DNA from: Macrostomum lignano
Taxonomy: Eukaryota
Assembly (NCBI GenBank): GCA_002269645.1
Contig: NIVC01000620.1
Coordinates: 248,001-312,000, forward strand
Direction of reading: 5' to 3'
DNA length: 64,000 nt
The notes under the pieces were generated by a model. The model made no database searches and was not told the DNA's origin. It was given only the letters and a program-made list of their open reading frames with translations. A program made the position numbers and the translations under genes. Shown piece after piece: positions 21,726 to 33,702 of the stretch (within the stretch, counting starts at the first letter, position 1; the number at the start of each line of letters is the position of its first letter).

Positions 21726-24700
21726 TCAGTTGGAAGGCAGCGCCAGAAGTCCAGTAGATCGCAGTCCTTCAACACCGCCCTGCAGCAGACAGACTCTTGT
21801 GACGCCCCTCATCACCAGGTGGTTAGCAACAGAAACTGCCTCCTCTTCTAGCCGATAAATCAACACTTTAACATTGGCTTGTACAACAGGATCAGACAGT
21901 CGGGCGAGATCGCACTGGTTAGACAGAACCGTCTCAGCAGGCAGGTGGATGGAGTTGGGCAGGCAGCCTCTGCCGTACTCACCAGCTGGCCGGATGTCGA
22001 TAATGCTGAGTCTGGACCGAGCAATGCAGGACACCTTGGCATCCAGGTGACCTGCGATAGTGAGGAACTCTTCCTGACTAATCCTGGGAGCTCGGCACCT
22101 CTGCAGAGCCTCAATGCCCAGCGTATCAATGGGGAACTGCTGGCCGCACAGCTCCAAGTCCGAGCCGTCGAACTTCCGGTAGGAGCAGCTGTGCGGAGTG
22201 TCCCGGTACATCCGGGTGGCATCCGACAGGCACAGCTCCAAGTTGACATTGGCCACCTGCGGCAGGATGTCGTGCACAGCTTCATTAAAATCGTGCTCCA
22301 TCAGGCCTAACCGGCGCTTCAATTGCAACAGGATGGCCAAGCCGACGAAAAGAGGGAAGCTGCTGTTGCCTAGCAACAGGGCATCCCAGATGTGCACCAC
22401 GCTGGGCAGGGAGAAATGATGAGCGAACATAGTTAGGAACCATGGGAACGCGTAGTGATCAGGGAACAGGCCGATCTGCTCCAGGTAAACAGCCAGGGTG
22501 GGGCAGTGAAACGCCAGCAGCTGTTGAAAGACAGCAAAGTACTCCTGCGTCACCTCTTTGTTGTTGTCGTTGGCAAAGAAGTTGGCCTGGTACTTGTCTA
22601 TGAACCGTTCGAGACAGGCCAAGGCCAGCGGCTCGTCTGAGAAGTTCAGGTGAAGGAAGACAGCCGCCACGGAGTCCACACCCTAAGGCATGAGTTATCA
22701 GGTGCGATCGTTTGCTTAAAATGGGATTTTGGTGATTTTAATGAGGATCTGGAAGGCTGGCCCAGCAACTCAGGATCTGGGAGGCTGGTGGCCCAGCAAC
22801 TGAGGATCTGGGAGGCTGCTGGCCCAGCAACTGAGGATCTGGGAGGCTGGCCCAGCAACTCAGGATCTGGGAGGCTGGTGGCCCAGCAACTGAAGATATG
22901 GGAGGCTGGCCCAGCAACTGGGGATCTGGGAGGCTGGCCCAGCAACTGACACTCTGGGAGGCTGGCCCAGCAACTGAGGATCTGGGAGGCTGGCCCAGCA
23001 ATCGAGGATCTGGGAGGCTGGCCCAGCAACTGACACTCTGGGAGGCTGGCCCAGCAACTGACACTCTGGGAGGCTGGCCCAGCAACTGACACTCTGGGAG
23101 GCTGGCCCAGCAACTGAGGATCTGGGAGGCTGGCCCAGCAATCGAGGATCTGGGAGGCTGGCCCAGCAACTGACACTCTGGGAGGCTGGCCCAGCAACTG
23201 ACACTCTGGGAGGCTGGCCCAGCAACTGACACTCTGGGAGGCTGGCCCAGCAACTGAGGATCTGAGAGGCTGGCCCAGCAACTGAGGATCTGGGAGGCTG
23301 GCCCAGCAATCGAGGATCTGGGAGGCTGGCCCAGCAACTGACACACTGGGAGGCTGGCCCAGCAACTGACACTCTGGGAGGCTGGCCCAGCAACTGACAC
23401 TCTGGGAGGCTGGCCCAGCAACTGAGGATCTGAGAGGCTGGCCCAGCAACTGACACTCTGGGAGGCGGGCCCAGCAACTGAGGATCTGGGAGGCTGGCCC
23501 AGCAACTGACACTCTGGGAGGCGGGCCCAGCAACTGAGGATCTAGGAGGCTGGCCCAGCAACTGAGGATCTAGGAGGCTGGCCCAGCAACTGACACTCTG
23601 GGAGGCTGGCCCAGCAACTGACACTCTGGGAGGCGGGCCCAGCAACTGAGGATCTGAGAGGCTGACCCAGAAACAGCAAAATACCTGATAATATGCGCAC
23701 GAAGGCCTCCGCAGCACCCAGGCCTTGATCAGCTTGCGCAGTTTAGCGTGCCCGTGCGGCGAGGCCATCAGCGGGTTGTACTGGTGACACCTGGGGATGT
23801 CGCTAGCCAGCTGCTTGTCGCTAATCCGTCGACTCTCCCTAGGCGTGACGGTGTCCAGAGCGCCGTATCGAGACCGGACATCGCCGGACACGCCCAGCAG
23901 ATGAGCCCAGGTCAGAGCTCGGTACAGAGGAGGGATGTCCTTGGCGGACTCAGCCAGGAGCAGAGGTCTGGCATAGGGGCAGCACAGCAGCAGCTGGTGG
24001 AACAGAACGCACCGCTCGATCTGGTAGGCCACGTCGCGCTCTTTCACAGCTTTCGGCTGCGAGGACGTGTCAGCGTAGGCCCCGTGTCGGCCGGGAGCTG
24101 ACGAGGTGGCAGCGGTGGCGGCAGCGGATGTAGCGCTGACAGACTCCGGCTGCCGAGGCACAGGGAAGAACACCAGAGGATTCAGCTTTCGTACCCGATC
24201 GCGAAGCTCTCGATCGTTCAATGCCACGACGAATTCGTGCAGCAGGTGCGGCTTCGGCTGCTCCAGGTAGAGGATGAGGCCGGCGCTGCCGCCCAGGTAG
24301 CAGGGCAGCTGGGTGATGGGGCGGTGACGCTGGACCAGGCCGGCCTGACGAATCGGCTGCACAGGGTCACCTCCGGCCAGCGTCCACCAGTGGTAGAACT
24401 CTTCAACAGACCGGAGGCTGGCCAGCTCCCCGCGCGTGATCAGCCGCTTCTCAGACGGGCCAACATCAACATCATCGTCAGCATCCAGCTGCTTTCCGAG
24501 AGCTGCTGCATCCCCGTTCGAGACAGACGATTTCTCCGGACGAAACTGTCCGAATCTTCGTCGGCAACGAATATCAAATCGAGGCTGAAAGCCGCCGAGC
24601 TCTGAGGAGCTTCGCGATCGGAGCTGCTCCAGCTTAGCGGCCAGGGGGGCTTCGAGCTTGGCCGAGACCAGATCGGACACGAATGGTCTTTGACTCGGCC

Positions 24701-25977
24701 AGCCGGACAGACAAGACCGAATCATGTCGAGAGTGCCGCCCAGGCCAATGCCCAGCTCCTGGTCAACAGCCGCCCAGTCGAAAGATTTAAAAGCGTTGGT
24801 AAAGTCGCTATCCACCGCCAGCAGGGAGTCTAACAAGCAGTCGCCAGTACATCCGCATCGGATCAGCATAGCAACCGTTGCTAAGGCCTCATCAGAGTCT
24901 GGCAACGCAGCCGGCAAAGGCGGCACTCCAACCAGCAGGTGCAGAGCCAGCAGTCCCAAGCCGAAGCTGTCCATTCTGGAGTCCACATTTGAGCAGTCCA
25001 GCCGGGGACACTCGGGATTCGGTTTCTGACGAGTTGACTTCGAGTTCTGCGTCGATTTGGCCTCGTCAGCGGTGGCGAAGGTGGCGAAGGCGACAGCGGA
25101 GTCAAGCAGAACCTCGGGCGCAGCGCAGTCCAGACGGTGTACAGGAAAGTCGACCTCCTCGCCGCAGCCAGTCAAATAGTACATCGCATAATTAAACAGT
25201 TTGGCTCGGTAGGCATTCTCAGAAATCGTATCGGACGCTTCTTCCGAATCGGTGAGCATTTCTAAGAAAATGCAGGACGCCGAGAGGCGAGCGCAGACAA
25301 TGGAGCGGCTGTGGAGATAAGCAACACTGTCCGCCACCTCGCAGAGGATCTGAAGTTAAATAGTGGAGTTTTTAAGGGAACTCGGCTAACCCGTTTTACA
25401 GGATTTTCTTATTCGGGAGATTCTTAAAGATTTCTGATTCTGAAGATTTGGGAAATGTTTTTAATACTTCTTGAGGATTTTTCAGTTAAGGAATTTTCAA
25501 AGTGTCTTTGATTTTGGTCAATTGGGAAAGTTTTGAGTTTTGGATTTTTTCAGATTTATGATTTTATGGGCTTTTTTCAAATTACTGATTTGTGGGATTC
25601 TGGTGGATTTTGAGGACTTCTGAGTCTTGGGAGTTTTTAGTTTATTTGTGATTTCGGGGACTACTAGTAATTTCAGGAGCTACTAACTAATTTAAAGGCA
25701 TACAAACCTGAACTCTTTGAGCCAAAGTCAGCTCCACCAGACAGTCAAGCAGCGGCCTCTTAGTGAGCTCGGACACCACAATCAACTGCTCATCCTTGCA
25801 CCTGACAATATCCAGATAGCGGCAGAGACCCGGATGCTGCAGGCCATCTTTGATGGCGTGAAATCGGCCAACAATTTTCACCGAGTTCGGCGTCAAAGGC
25901 AGGCCGTCGCTGCCGCATTCGTCACCCTGATGGGATCGGGAGTAGAAAGTGAAGGCGCCCAACCGGTGCGTTCGCAT
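21726..25977 (-). CDS. TBCK: TBC domain-containing protein kinase-like (pseudokinase-TBC-rhodanese), about 963 aa; exons 25708-25977, 23685-25349, 21726-22682
   Basis: N-terminus LGAFTFY...CGSDGLPLTPNSVKIVGRF matches recalled TBCK; TBC R-finger LASDIPRCHQY and Q-finger YYQ|G across a phase-0 intron; FPWFLTMFAH; C-terminal rhodanese IDIRP...GCLPNSIHLP. GT/AG junctions, all exon lengths multiples of 3. Confidence 0.95.
22740..23665. repeat. 28-bp minisatellite filling TBCK intron 2 (variants gaggatct / gacactct)
   Basis: About 33 units between the donor at 23684 and the acceptor at 22683. Confidence 0.97.
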
Positions 25978-27250
25978 TATTTGCAGCCCTGAGCCTGCAA
26001 ATAATTTTTTAACCGAATTCAAGCAGGTTTCCAAGAGGTTTTGATGGTAAAACATTGCATTTATAATACATAAATTACATAATTTTTTATAATTCAATGA
26101 GCATTACAACTAAAACTTAGGAAAAAGAAATTCTTACATTTCATTTTAAACTTTAATGATCCGTATGTAACTTTTCAGTTACTGAATTTTTTCCTTTACT
26201 TTTGCAATAGAACAAAATTGAAAAAAATGTTTGTAAATCAACTGACTACATGCATTGGTATTAAATTAAAAATCAAAAGGTTTTGTATTGTTACAAATAT
26301 AGGTAATATTTTGTGTGTAGGAATATTTTAAGCTTTTGAAAGTTTTTCTAAACTTATGTTTATATTAACAATTTGAAATTCTAATTTGGCTCTAAATAAT
26401 GTACGAAAAATCTTCAATTAATATTTTTTCAATACTCTAGGTATGAATTTTTAATGCTAGTTTTATTTGATCAGATTATGATTTTAATTGGCACACATTA
26501 ATTTTAAATCTAGAATTTTAGACTTTAAATGCCTACTTCACAAACAGTCATATACATTTGCATACATATTTTTGTAGACCATTATACATTACTTTTTATT
26601 TGTTTTTGCTTTATACCACTGAATGCCAAAATTTTCTGCCTTGTTGAAGTATGCTAGAATTTTATACCATATTAGTAAATGAAGTTAAGGTATTCATATC
26701 TTAGAAAACTACTGTTCTAAGTCTAAAAAATACTATTATAATGAAATTTTTGTAATATAGATATTTACACAGTCAACTTTTTTAACATTACAAAACTCAA
26801 ATTATTATTGACATAATCTTACTTGCCTTTTAAAGTACAAATCTCTTAGTAGATTGGTTAGGAATATATATACATGCATAACTGTTGGCTGACCTGGCCA
26901 ATCCAGGTGGACCATAATTTAAAACACCATTGTGGTAGTGTTTTTATATCTGATATAACAGCAATTAGCAAGACATTAAGTCTTTTATGGCAATTAAACA
27001 AAATATGGAACATACATGCATCTACCATCTACCAATATACTAAAAATGAAAATTATACACTCTTCATTGCCCACTTTATAAAATATTAAATGTTGCTTGA
27101 GTGGATTCATATTTAAATTTTACTGATTTTACTAATATTATTATAAAATTAAACAGATATCGCTCTCAGTTTTATCTTACGAGTATATTAAAATCACCTT
27201 CATATAAATACAATCTCTTCATTTAAATGATTACACAAAAGAAGTGAATA

Positions 27251-28553
27251 TGAGAGATATTTGAAAAGTTTCCGGACTACATGAAAAAACTGGTTCAAGT
27301 CTGCACACAATGTATTTAACTAAAAGATGTATATGTCCCAAGCTTACTCATCAAATATAAAGGCTCCACTTTCAACCCTGCCACTTAGAATTTTATTTTA
27401 GTCCCCTCATTATCAAACCTATCTGCAATGGAACTATTGTGCACTTATTAAAAAGGGATGATTTACTGATTTACAACTACAAAAGTGGTCTGATATAGTC
27501 AAAGAGCTTGAGATGGCTTTACCAGGCCTTTGGCAACACTGCACCTTCTAAAACAAATGTTTTTGACTGGTTTGCCAAATTTTGTAAGGTTTGGCTGTGG
27601 CTTGAAGATGAAGCTCAAGAGGGACAACCTCCAAGCTTGACAACTGATAAAAACATTGCTACAGTGCAAGCACTGATTGAAAAAGATCCACAAATGACAG
27701 TTTAGCAATTAGCCAGAGCTATTAGTATTTCATTGGGAAGCATTCTGCACTATTCTGCATAAAAGGCTTAGGCTAAGCAGGGTATCCACCTGTTGGGTAC
27801 CCTACCACCTGACCTAGGAGCAAAAGCAGGCTCAGGTCAGTTGGTGCCAAGACATGCTAAACAGATTTAACAGTGGGAGATTGTCACTGGTGATGATACC
27901 TAGTAACCTAGGTGTACAATTTTGACCCCAAAAGCAAGTAGCAGTCAACTCAATGGACCTTAGTTGGCAGCGCATTGCCTTCAAAGTTGGTATGGTCCCA
28001 AAGCATTGCCAAGCAGATATTTGCTGCTTTTGTGGCTCATAGTGGTCCTGTGACCTTGATCTCACTGGTAAAATAGCAAATAGTGACTGCCAGATAGTAT
28101 GTTAGTATGTTACTGAATGCTACAGTCTATCAACAAGAAGCATCCAAGGACTTGAACTAGGACAATGCCCTAGCCCACATTACACAACAAACAATCAAGT
28201 TTATAGAGCAGAACTGCATCTAGCTGCTTCAACATCTACCCTACAGTATAGACCTGGCCCTATGCAATATCTTAGTATTCCCTTGGGTCAAGTGCCTGCT
28301 CAAAGGAGTTTGGTTTGAGTTGCTAGAATTGGCTGTCAAGGCCTTTTATAGTCACCTGTATAATCTATTTTAGTCCAAATGGAGTGGCTGTTTTTCTACT
28401 TGGTTTGAGAGGATGAGGTAGTGCATTGAAGCTGCTGGGGAGTACTTTGAAAAAACTTAATGATACTAATTTTTTATTAGCCTTTTTTTTATTCTAGAAA
28501 CTATAGATACACTAGATGTTTTTTATATCTAGAAACTCGTTGAATACCCCTTA
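27251..28553 (+). mobile_element. Full-length (about 1.3 kb) decayed mariner (Tc1/mariner, DD34D-type) transposon
   Basis: TA flanks; degenerate TIRs (tgagagatatttgaaaagtttc vs reverse complement taaggggtattcaacgagtttc); transposase remnants FGNTAPSKTNVFDWF, WVPYHL, IVTGDDT, DNALAH, YSIDLA, GEYFEK with stops and frameshifts. Confidence 0.88.
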
Positions 28554-28788
28554 TATATCTAGACATTCTATCTAGGCTATGTTTGTAGCTACTTGTTATA
28601 TTGCATAGTACTATATAGCTATACTCCACTTATATTTGATGACAATTAATCATTTTGAAAGTGAATGTGTCTAATTTTTATTTCTTTTGAAACACCATTT
28701 GTATTTTGCAATATTTTATATTTTTATATTTTTTAGTTTTTTATAATTTTATATTTGCAATGTTTTTATAATAAAAACAAGTTCTAAG

Positions 28789-29627
28789 CAGTGTTAGGCA
28801 TAGGTCTGATACTTTGATACTCTGATAGTATTGCCAATACCATTTGAGTATTAGAGTATTAGACCTCGTTACTTTTTTCTCAGTATTGGGCCTTGGTATT
28901 GCCAATACATTTTCTTAAGTCCAATAATCTGATGCATTTAATCAAACTAAAAGTAATAAATTTGACTAAAAAGCCTAGAAAGTATTAAGGAAAATAACAG
29001 GAAGTAAAGAAAGGACGTTCTCTATGCAAAGCGCACTCCACTGGCCAATTTGACTCTCATGAGGCTGGTACTTCTCCGGGGCAACTAGCATATCCCACTC
29101 GAGTCAGTCTGGTTGAATTCTAAAATGATATAAGCTAGTAAGTGAGTAGGTTCCTGTTAAATTGTTCATAAATTTAATTTAGTGAAAGTCAAGTACATCT
29201 AATTTCTAATTAATGAGTTGGAGTTTTTACTTATCATGCACATTATTATTTTTGTATTATCTATTATGTAGTCTTTTCATCTTAATGTACTATGTAGGTG
29301 CAAATGCTAATATAAATATAATGAAAATTTATAACAATATTTTGCCTATTTAATCTTCTTCTCTGGTCAGCCAACAGCCATGTCTTACTAGTCTTTAGTG
29401 TCTAAAAATTAAGTAGCTAAGAGCTTTTTCTTCAATTTTGGCTTGATAGATGCAGAAAAGTGAGAAAACGTAAAAAATGATATATTGGATCAAGTATCGG
29501 AATAAAGTATCGCATGATACTCAAATTTTTGTATTGGACCAACAAATATCGCCAATATCTTTTAGAGTATCAGTATCGGAGTATCACTTTAAAATGATAC
29601 TTTTTTAAAGTATTGTGCCCAACACTG
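28789..29627. mobile_element. hAT-type non-autonomous element (839 bp) with perfect 8-bp TSD
   Basis: TIRs cagtgttaggca / tgcccaacactg; TSD gttctaag at 28781-28788 and 29628-29635; subterminal GATAC/GTATC motifs. Confidence 0.85.
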
Positions 29628-30318
29628 GTTCTAAGCTATAAATATAAATGTATACAAACTATATCTATCATCTGAGCATTAAAATAGTATTTTAGTTACC
29701 CAAATAACCTTTGCTTATTACCAAAAGGACTGTACTAGCTATTTTTTAAATGGTAACTAAAACAAATACTAATTTTATCTAATATATAACACTTATAGGC
29801 CTAGCCTAGCTATGCCTATGTACCATGGTATAATTATATTTGACTATAGATAAATCTAACTTTTTAAAGTGAATAAGTTGCATTTTTATTTGTTTCTTTT
29901 GAAACATCATTCATACATTGCATTATTAGTAGTATGAGCTAATAAAAATGCAATAAAGTGCCAACTTTGTAATCATTTTCTAAAGTAAACACCTTAATAA
30001 GCAAAGTCCTGCCAAAAAAACTGGAAGACCATAGGCCTCTTTGGTCAAGAAATGATGTTTATATTGACAACTCTAACTTTAGGACTCAAACATTGCATGG
30101 TAAAATGGAATAACCAAGGACAACTAAAGCAACGCATCTACTTTAGTTGTTCTTGGAAATTAACATTGTATTATAAAAATTGTGGTCTCAGCTTTTTGAA
30201 CATTGTTATTGTTGTAGATCTAAGATATTAGGACAGATATAATGGTTTAAGCACATTAGACCATGATCCTAAGACAATAAAAAGTTGTTTCCCTCCTGTT
30301 ATACCAATATACCTCACC

Positions 30319-30523
30319 CAGTGGCGTAGCCAGGATTTCCTTCTAGGGGGGGGGGGGGGGGTCACAGACACAGTCAGTCAGGCTCACAGCGTCAGCAGCA
30401 ACCGTGGCCCGGGGCAGGGGGTGCTAGGCCTCTGGGGAGGGGGCATGGATCAGCCTGGCCTTGATCAGCCGGCGGGACTCGGGAGGGGGGTCATAACCAT
30501 GACCCCCCTTGGCTACGCCCCTG
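30319..30523. mobile_element. Small MITE (205 bp) with CAGTGGCGTAGCCA-type TIRs
   Basis: cagtggcgtagcca ... tggctacgcccctg; the 7-mer cctcacc occurs on both flanks (imperfect TSD, length unresolved). Confidence 0.7.
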
Positions 30524-30972
30524 GTCCTCACCTGAACTCAACTGAACTGCAGTGTGTCACTATGTACGAATGTTACGAATACGAATACGATTAAACAGTG
30601 TTTCTTGGAAAAAAACAATTTTAGAATTTTAGAATTAAGATACAAGAATCGAGATTTTTCAAGAATTTTCTAGTTTACCTTATATATGAAACAATCATTT
30701 AAAAATACTTTTAATTACCTAAAACAAAAATATACAAATTTTTAAAAAACATTTTTGTTTGTTTTGTTTAAATACGTTCAAACCGTCAGGTTTAGATTTA
30801 TCGAGTTATCTGTGTGCGGAAAGTACACTTATTAACAAGGCCATCCGCGCTGAACAAATCCGCGACTTTGATGGCACTGACTTAAAGGCTCTGACTGAGC
30901 GCCTCACAACCTTAGAGAAAACAACAAAGGAAGCCAATCAACAGGTGGTTTCCAAGGACCACTGTATATAGC

Positions 30973-31260
30973 TATATACAGTGGTCCTTGCTCTGAGGCT
31001 GGCCTTCAGTGTGCGATGAACTCGCTCGATCATGCCGTTGGCCTTAGGATTATATGCGGCCGTGCGGATGTGACGGACGCCGAGAAGATTCACCAGGTTA
31101 ATTTGCCCATTAGTTCCGAGCGAAATTGAGCTCCTTGGTCTGCATGTGATGAGTGTTAACGGTGGGCCAAATCGACAAACCCAGTGGGCAACGAAGGCTT
31201 GTGCAACAACCGTACTGGTGATCGATTGCAATGGGATTGCTTCGACCCAGCGGGAGTACT
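30973..31260 (-). mobile_element. Gypsy/Ty3 LTR-retrotransposon integrase core fragment
   Basis: SRWVEAIPL...WVCRFGPP...TAAYNPKANGMIERVHRTLKASL is the rve catalytic core; no LTRs or RT seen nearby. Confidence 0.85.
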
Positions 31261-31339
31261 CAAAAGAAAGTACTTTTATTAATCGCAAAGGACAGGGGGA
31301 AAAAGGCGCTACAAACTAATTAATAATTTTGCTGCATGG

Positions 31340-31445
31340 GGACAAAACATAGCTAAAATGAGTGCCTGTGGCGCTAAAATGGTGCCTGCGGCGCTAAAAT
31401 GATCGTGTTTGCGGCGCCAAAATGAGTGTCTGCGGCGCCAAAAGA
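31340..31445. repeat. Short ~22-bp degenerate repeat (tgcctgcggcgctaaaatga)
   Basis: Four imperfect units. Confidence 0.7.
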
Positions 31446-31740
31446 ATGCTGACAACACCGATTCTGGAAAGAATGTACATATGTAGGGATTTAGTCGTGT
31501 ACGATTAGCCGTCATCACAATAGGCTAGAGCTTTCTGAATTGTTGGAGTAAAGTAAATTGCAAAAGTTTAGCAGGGACACGGTGGAAGCCAAACAATTTT
31601 TTGAATCCTCCAGCCTCCACAAACTGCTGAGGTCCACTTGCTGCCTGAAGGCCGCCTCGATGCGCTCATCGCGGGGGACTCGCCTGAAGCCCTGCAGCTG
31701 GAGCTCAGTGAGCCTCGATGCTGGTGAGGGCGGCGGCAGT

Positions 31741-32507
31741 CAGTCTGAGCATCTGGGAGAGCAGCAGTCTGAGCATCTGGGAGAGCAGCAGTCTGAGCAT
31801 CTGGGAGAGCAGTCAGCAGTGAAAGCATCTGGAAGAGCAGCAGTCTGAGCATCTGGGAGAGCAGTCAGCAGTGAAAGCATCTGGGAGAGCAGCAGTCTGA
31901 GCATCTGGGAGAGCAGTCAGCAGTGTGAGCATCTGGGAGAGCAGTCAGCAGTGTGAGCATCTGGGAGAGCAGCAGTCTGAGCATCTGGGAGAGCAGTCAG
32001 CAGTGTGAGCATCTGGGAGAGCAGTCAGCAGTCTGAGCATCTGGGAGAGCAGTCAGCAGTCTGAGCATCTGGGAGAGCAGTCAGCAGTGTGAGCATCTGG
32101 GAGAGCAGTCAGCAGTGTGAGCATCTGGGAGAGCAGTCAGCAGTGTGAGCATCTGGGAGAGCAGTCAGCAGTGTGAGCACCTGGGAGAGCAGCAGTCTGA
32201 GCATCTGGGAGAGCAGTCAGCAGTGTGAGCATCTGGGAGAGCAGTCAGCAGTGTGAGCATCTGGGAGAGCAGTCAGCAGTGTGAGCACCTGGGAGAGCAG
32301 CAGTCTGAGCATCTGGGAGAGCAGTCAGCAGTGTGAGCATCTGGGAGAGCAGTCAGCAGTGTGAGCATCTGGGAGAGCAGTCAGCAGTGTGAGCACCTGG
32401 GAGAGCAGCAGTCTGAGCATCTGGGAGAGCAGTCAGCAGTGTGAGCATCTGGGAGAGCAGTCAGCAGTGTGAGCATCTGGGAGAGCAGTCAGCAGTCTGA
32501 GCATCTG
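31741..32507. repeat. 24/28-bp minisatellite (ctgagcatctgggagagcag(tcag)cagt)
   Basis: About 28 units; a multi-unit pattern recurs at 32150-32480. Confidence 0.95.
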
Positions 32508-32902
32508 ACATAATCTGACATCATATGATATCGTATCATATGAACATAAGTAGTTTATGTGATATCATATGTAATGTACATGTAGGAATTTACAGTATAT
32601 ACATGTAGTCATGTATGAAATTCTGGGCCTCCCCCCTCCCCCCCCCCACTATAGACGTGGGCCATTTAATGGAAACAAAAAATTACACAGCAGTAGCTAT
32701 ATTGTTAACAGTATCTAACAGCTGGTTGTCCCAAACTTATATTTATATATATTCTTGAAAATCAATCAAGTTACATGCATTTATAGACACATGCATCTCT
32801 GTAGTATTCAGATGCAAGCTTTAAACTTGTGTTATTTTAATGTGCATGAAAGTATTCTGACGATCAAGTGTTGTAGTGTCAGTCCGGATCGTTACACCAG
32901 AA

Positions 32903-33409
32903 CTATCCGCAATATCGCTTAGAGCCGGAAAGCAATTTGAAACGTAAATCTTCACCTGCCATATCATTGTTGGGCTCGCCGCTGCCCCACACAGTCAGGC
33001 TGACGCTGGTGTTGCAGCCGATCCAGAAAAATCCGCCAGCAGGCTCAGCACTGCCAGGGTACTGACGGCCTCCAAGCCAGAACGACTGTCCAGAGTTGTA
33101 GGTGGATAAAATCACATCGATGTGGCTCAGTTCCTCAGCGCTGGTCACGTCGGCCATGATGACCAGACCGCTCTCTGACTCGCACTTCTGCCTGCTCGGC
33201 CACCACGTCCCGATGCCAGAGTACAGCCTGTACTTCACTCCGCACAGGTCCATGCCGTAGCCAGACGGACACAGCGCGCCCGCCTCGAGTCCCGGCCGCT
33301 GCTTGACGAACACCCGGCCTCTCCTGGAGCAGCCGCAGCTCCTCACCGACTTGCTGCACTTGTCTTCTGTGCCTGCGTGTCCCGTGAGTCTGCCATAGAG
33401 CCAGTGCGC
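32903..33409 (-). CDS. C-type lectin domain exon (gene boundaries unresolved)
   Basis: CPSGY...TWWPSRQKCES...MADVTSAEELSHI...FWLGGRQ...GFFWIG...WGSGEPNN are CTLD hallmarks. No in-frame start or signal peptide in this exon, and the C-terminal WND/Cys part is not visible. Confidence 0.72.
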   Translation of the reverse strand, partial: AHWLYGRLTGHAGTEDKCSKSVRSCGCSRRGRVFVKQRPGLEAGALCPSGYGMDLCGVKYRLYSGIGTWWPSRQKCESESGLVIMADVTSAEELSHIDVILSTYNSGQSFWLGGRQYPGSAEPAGGFFWIGCNTSVSLTVWGSGEPNNDMAGEDLRFKLLSGSKRYCG

Positions 33410-33410
33410 C

Positions 33411-33422
33411 TGTCTGCCTGCC

Positions 33423-33459
<37 letters not shown>

Positions 33460-33486
33460 GTCTGTCTGTCTGTTACCGTCTGTCTG
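33411..33486. repeat. (GTCT)n microsatellite abutting the lectin exon
   Basis: Direct reading. Confidence 0.9.
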
Positions 33487-33702
33487 TTTTTCTTTCCCGC
33501 CTGTCTATCTAGCTTGTACTGCAAGGAACAGTGTATTCTAGTAATTGATAACACTAGGAAATAACAATCGAATTTTCCACAAAACTTCGATATTAAAAAA
33601 TTAGTAAGCAAGGCACTCTACTAACAGTAATAAAGTATTGAGTAGACTGTAAAAGTTGTAGAAACTGTGGAAGTAAACATTTTTTCTGAGGTTGATCAAC
33701 GG

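Noticed and set aside
22781-22885. Chi-like GCTGGTGG in two repeat variants
   Set aside because: A bacterial RecBCD signal; here a by-product of a 3-nt unit variant.
22646-23684. C-terminal 275 aa of the 825-aa ORF and overlapping 255/295-aa ORFs
   Set aside because: Read-through into TBCK intron 2, whose 28-bp unit is stop-free on the minus strand. The GT donor at 23684 and AG at 22683 restore the TBC YYQG motif.
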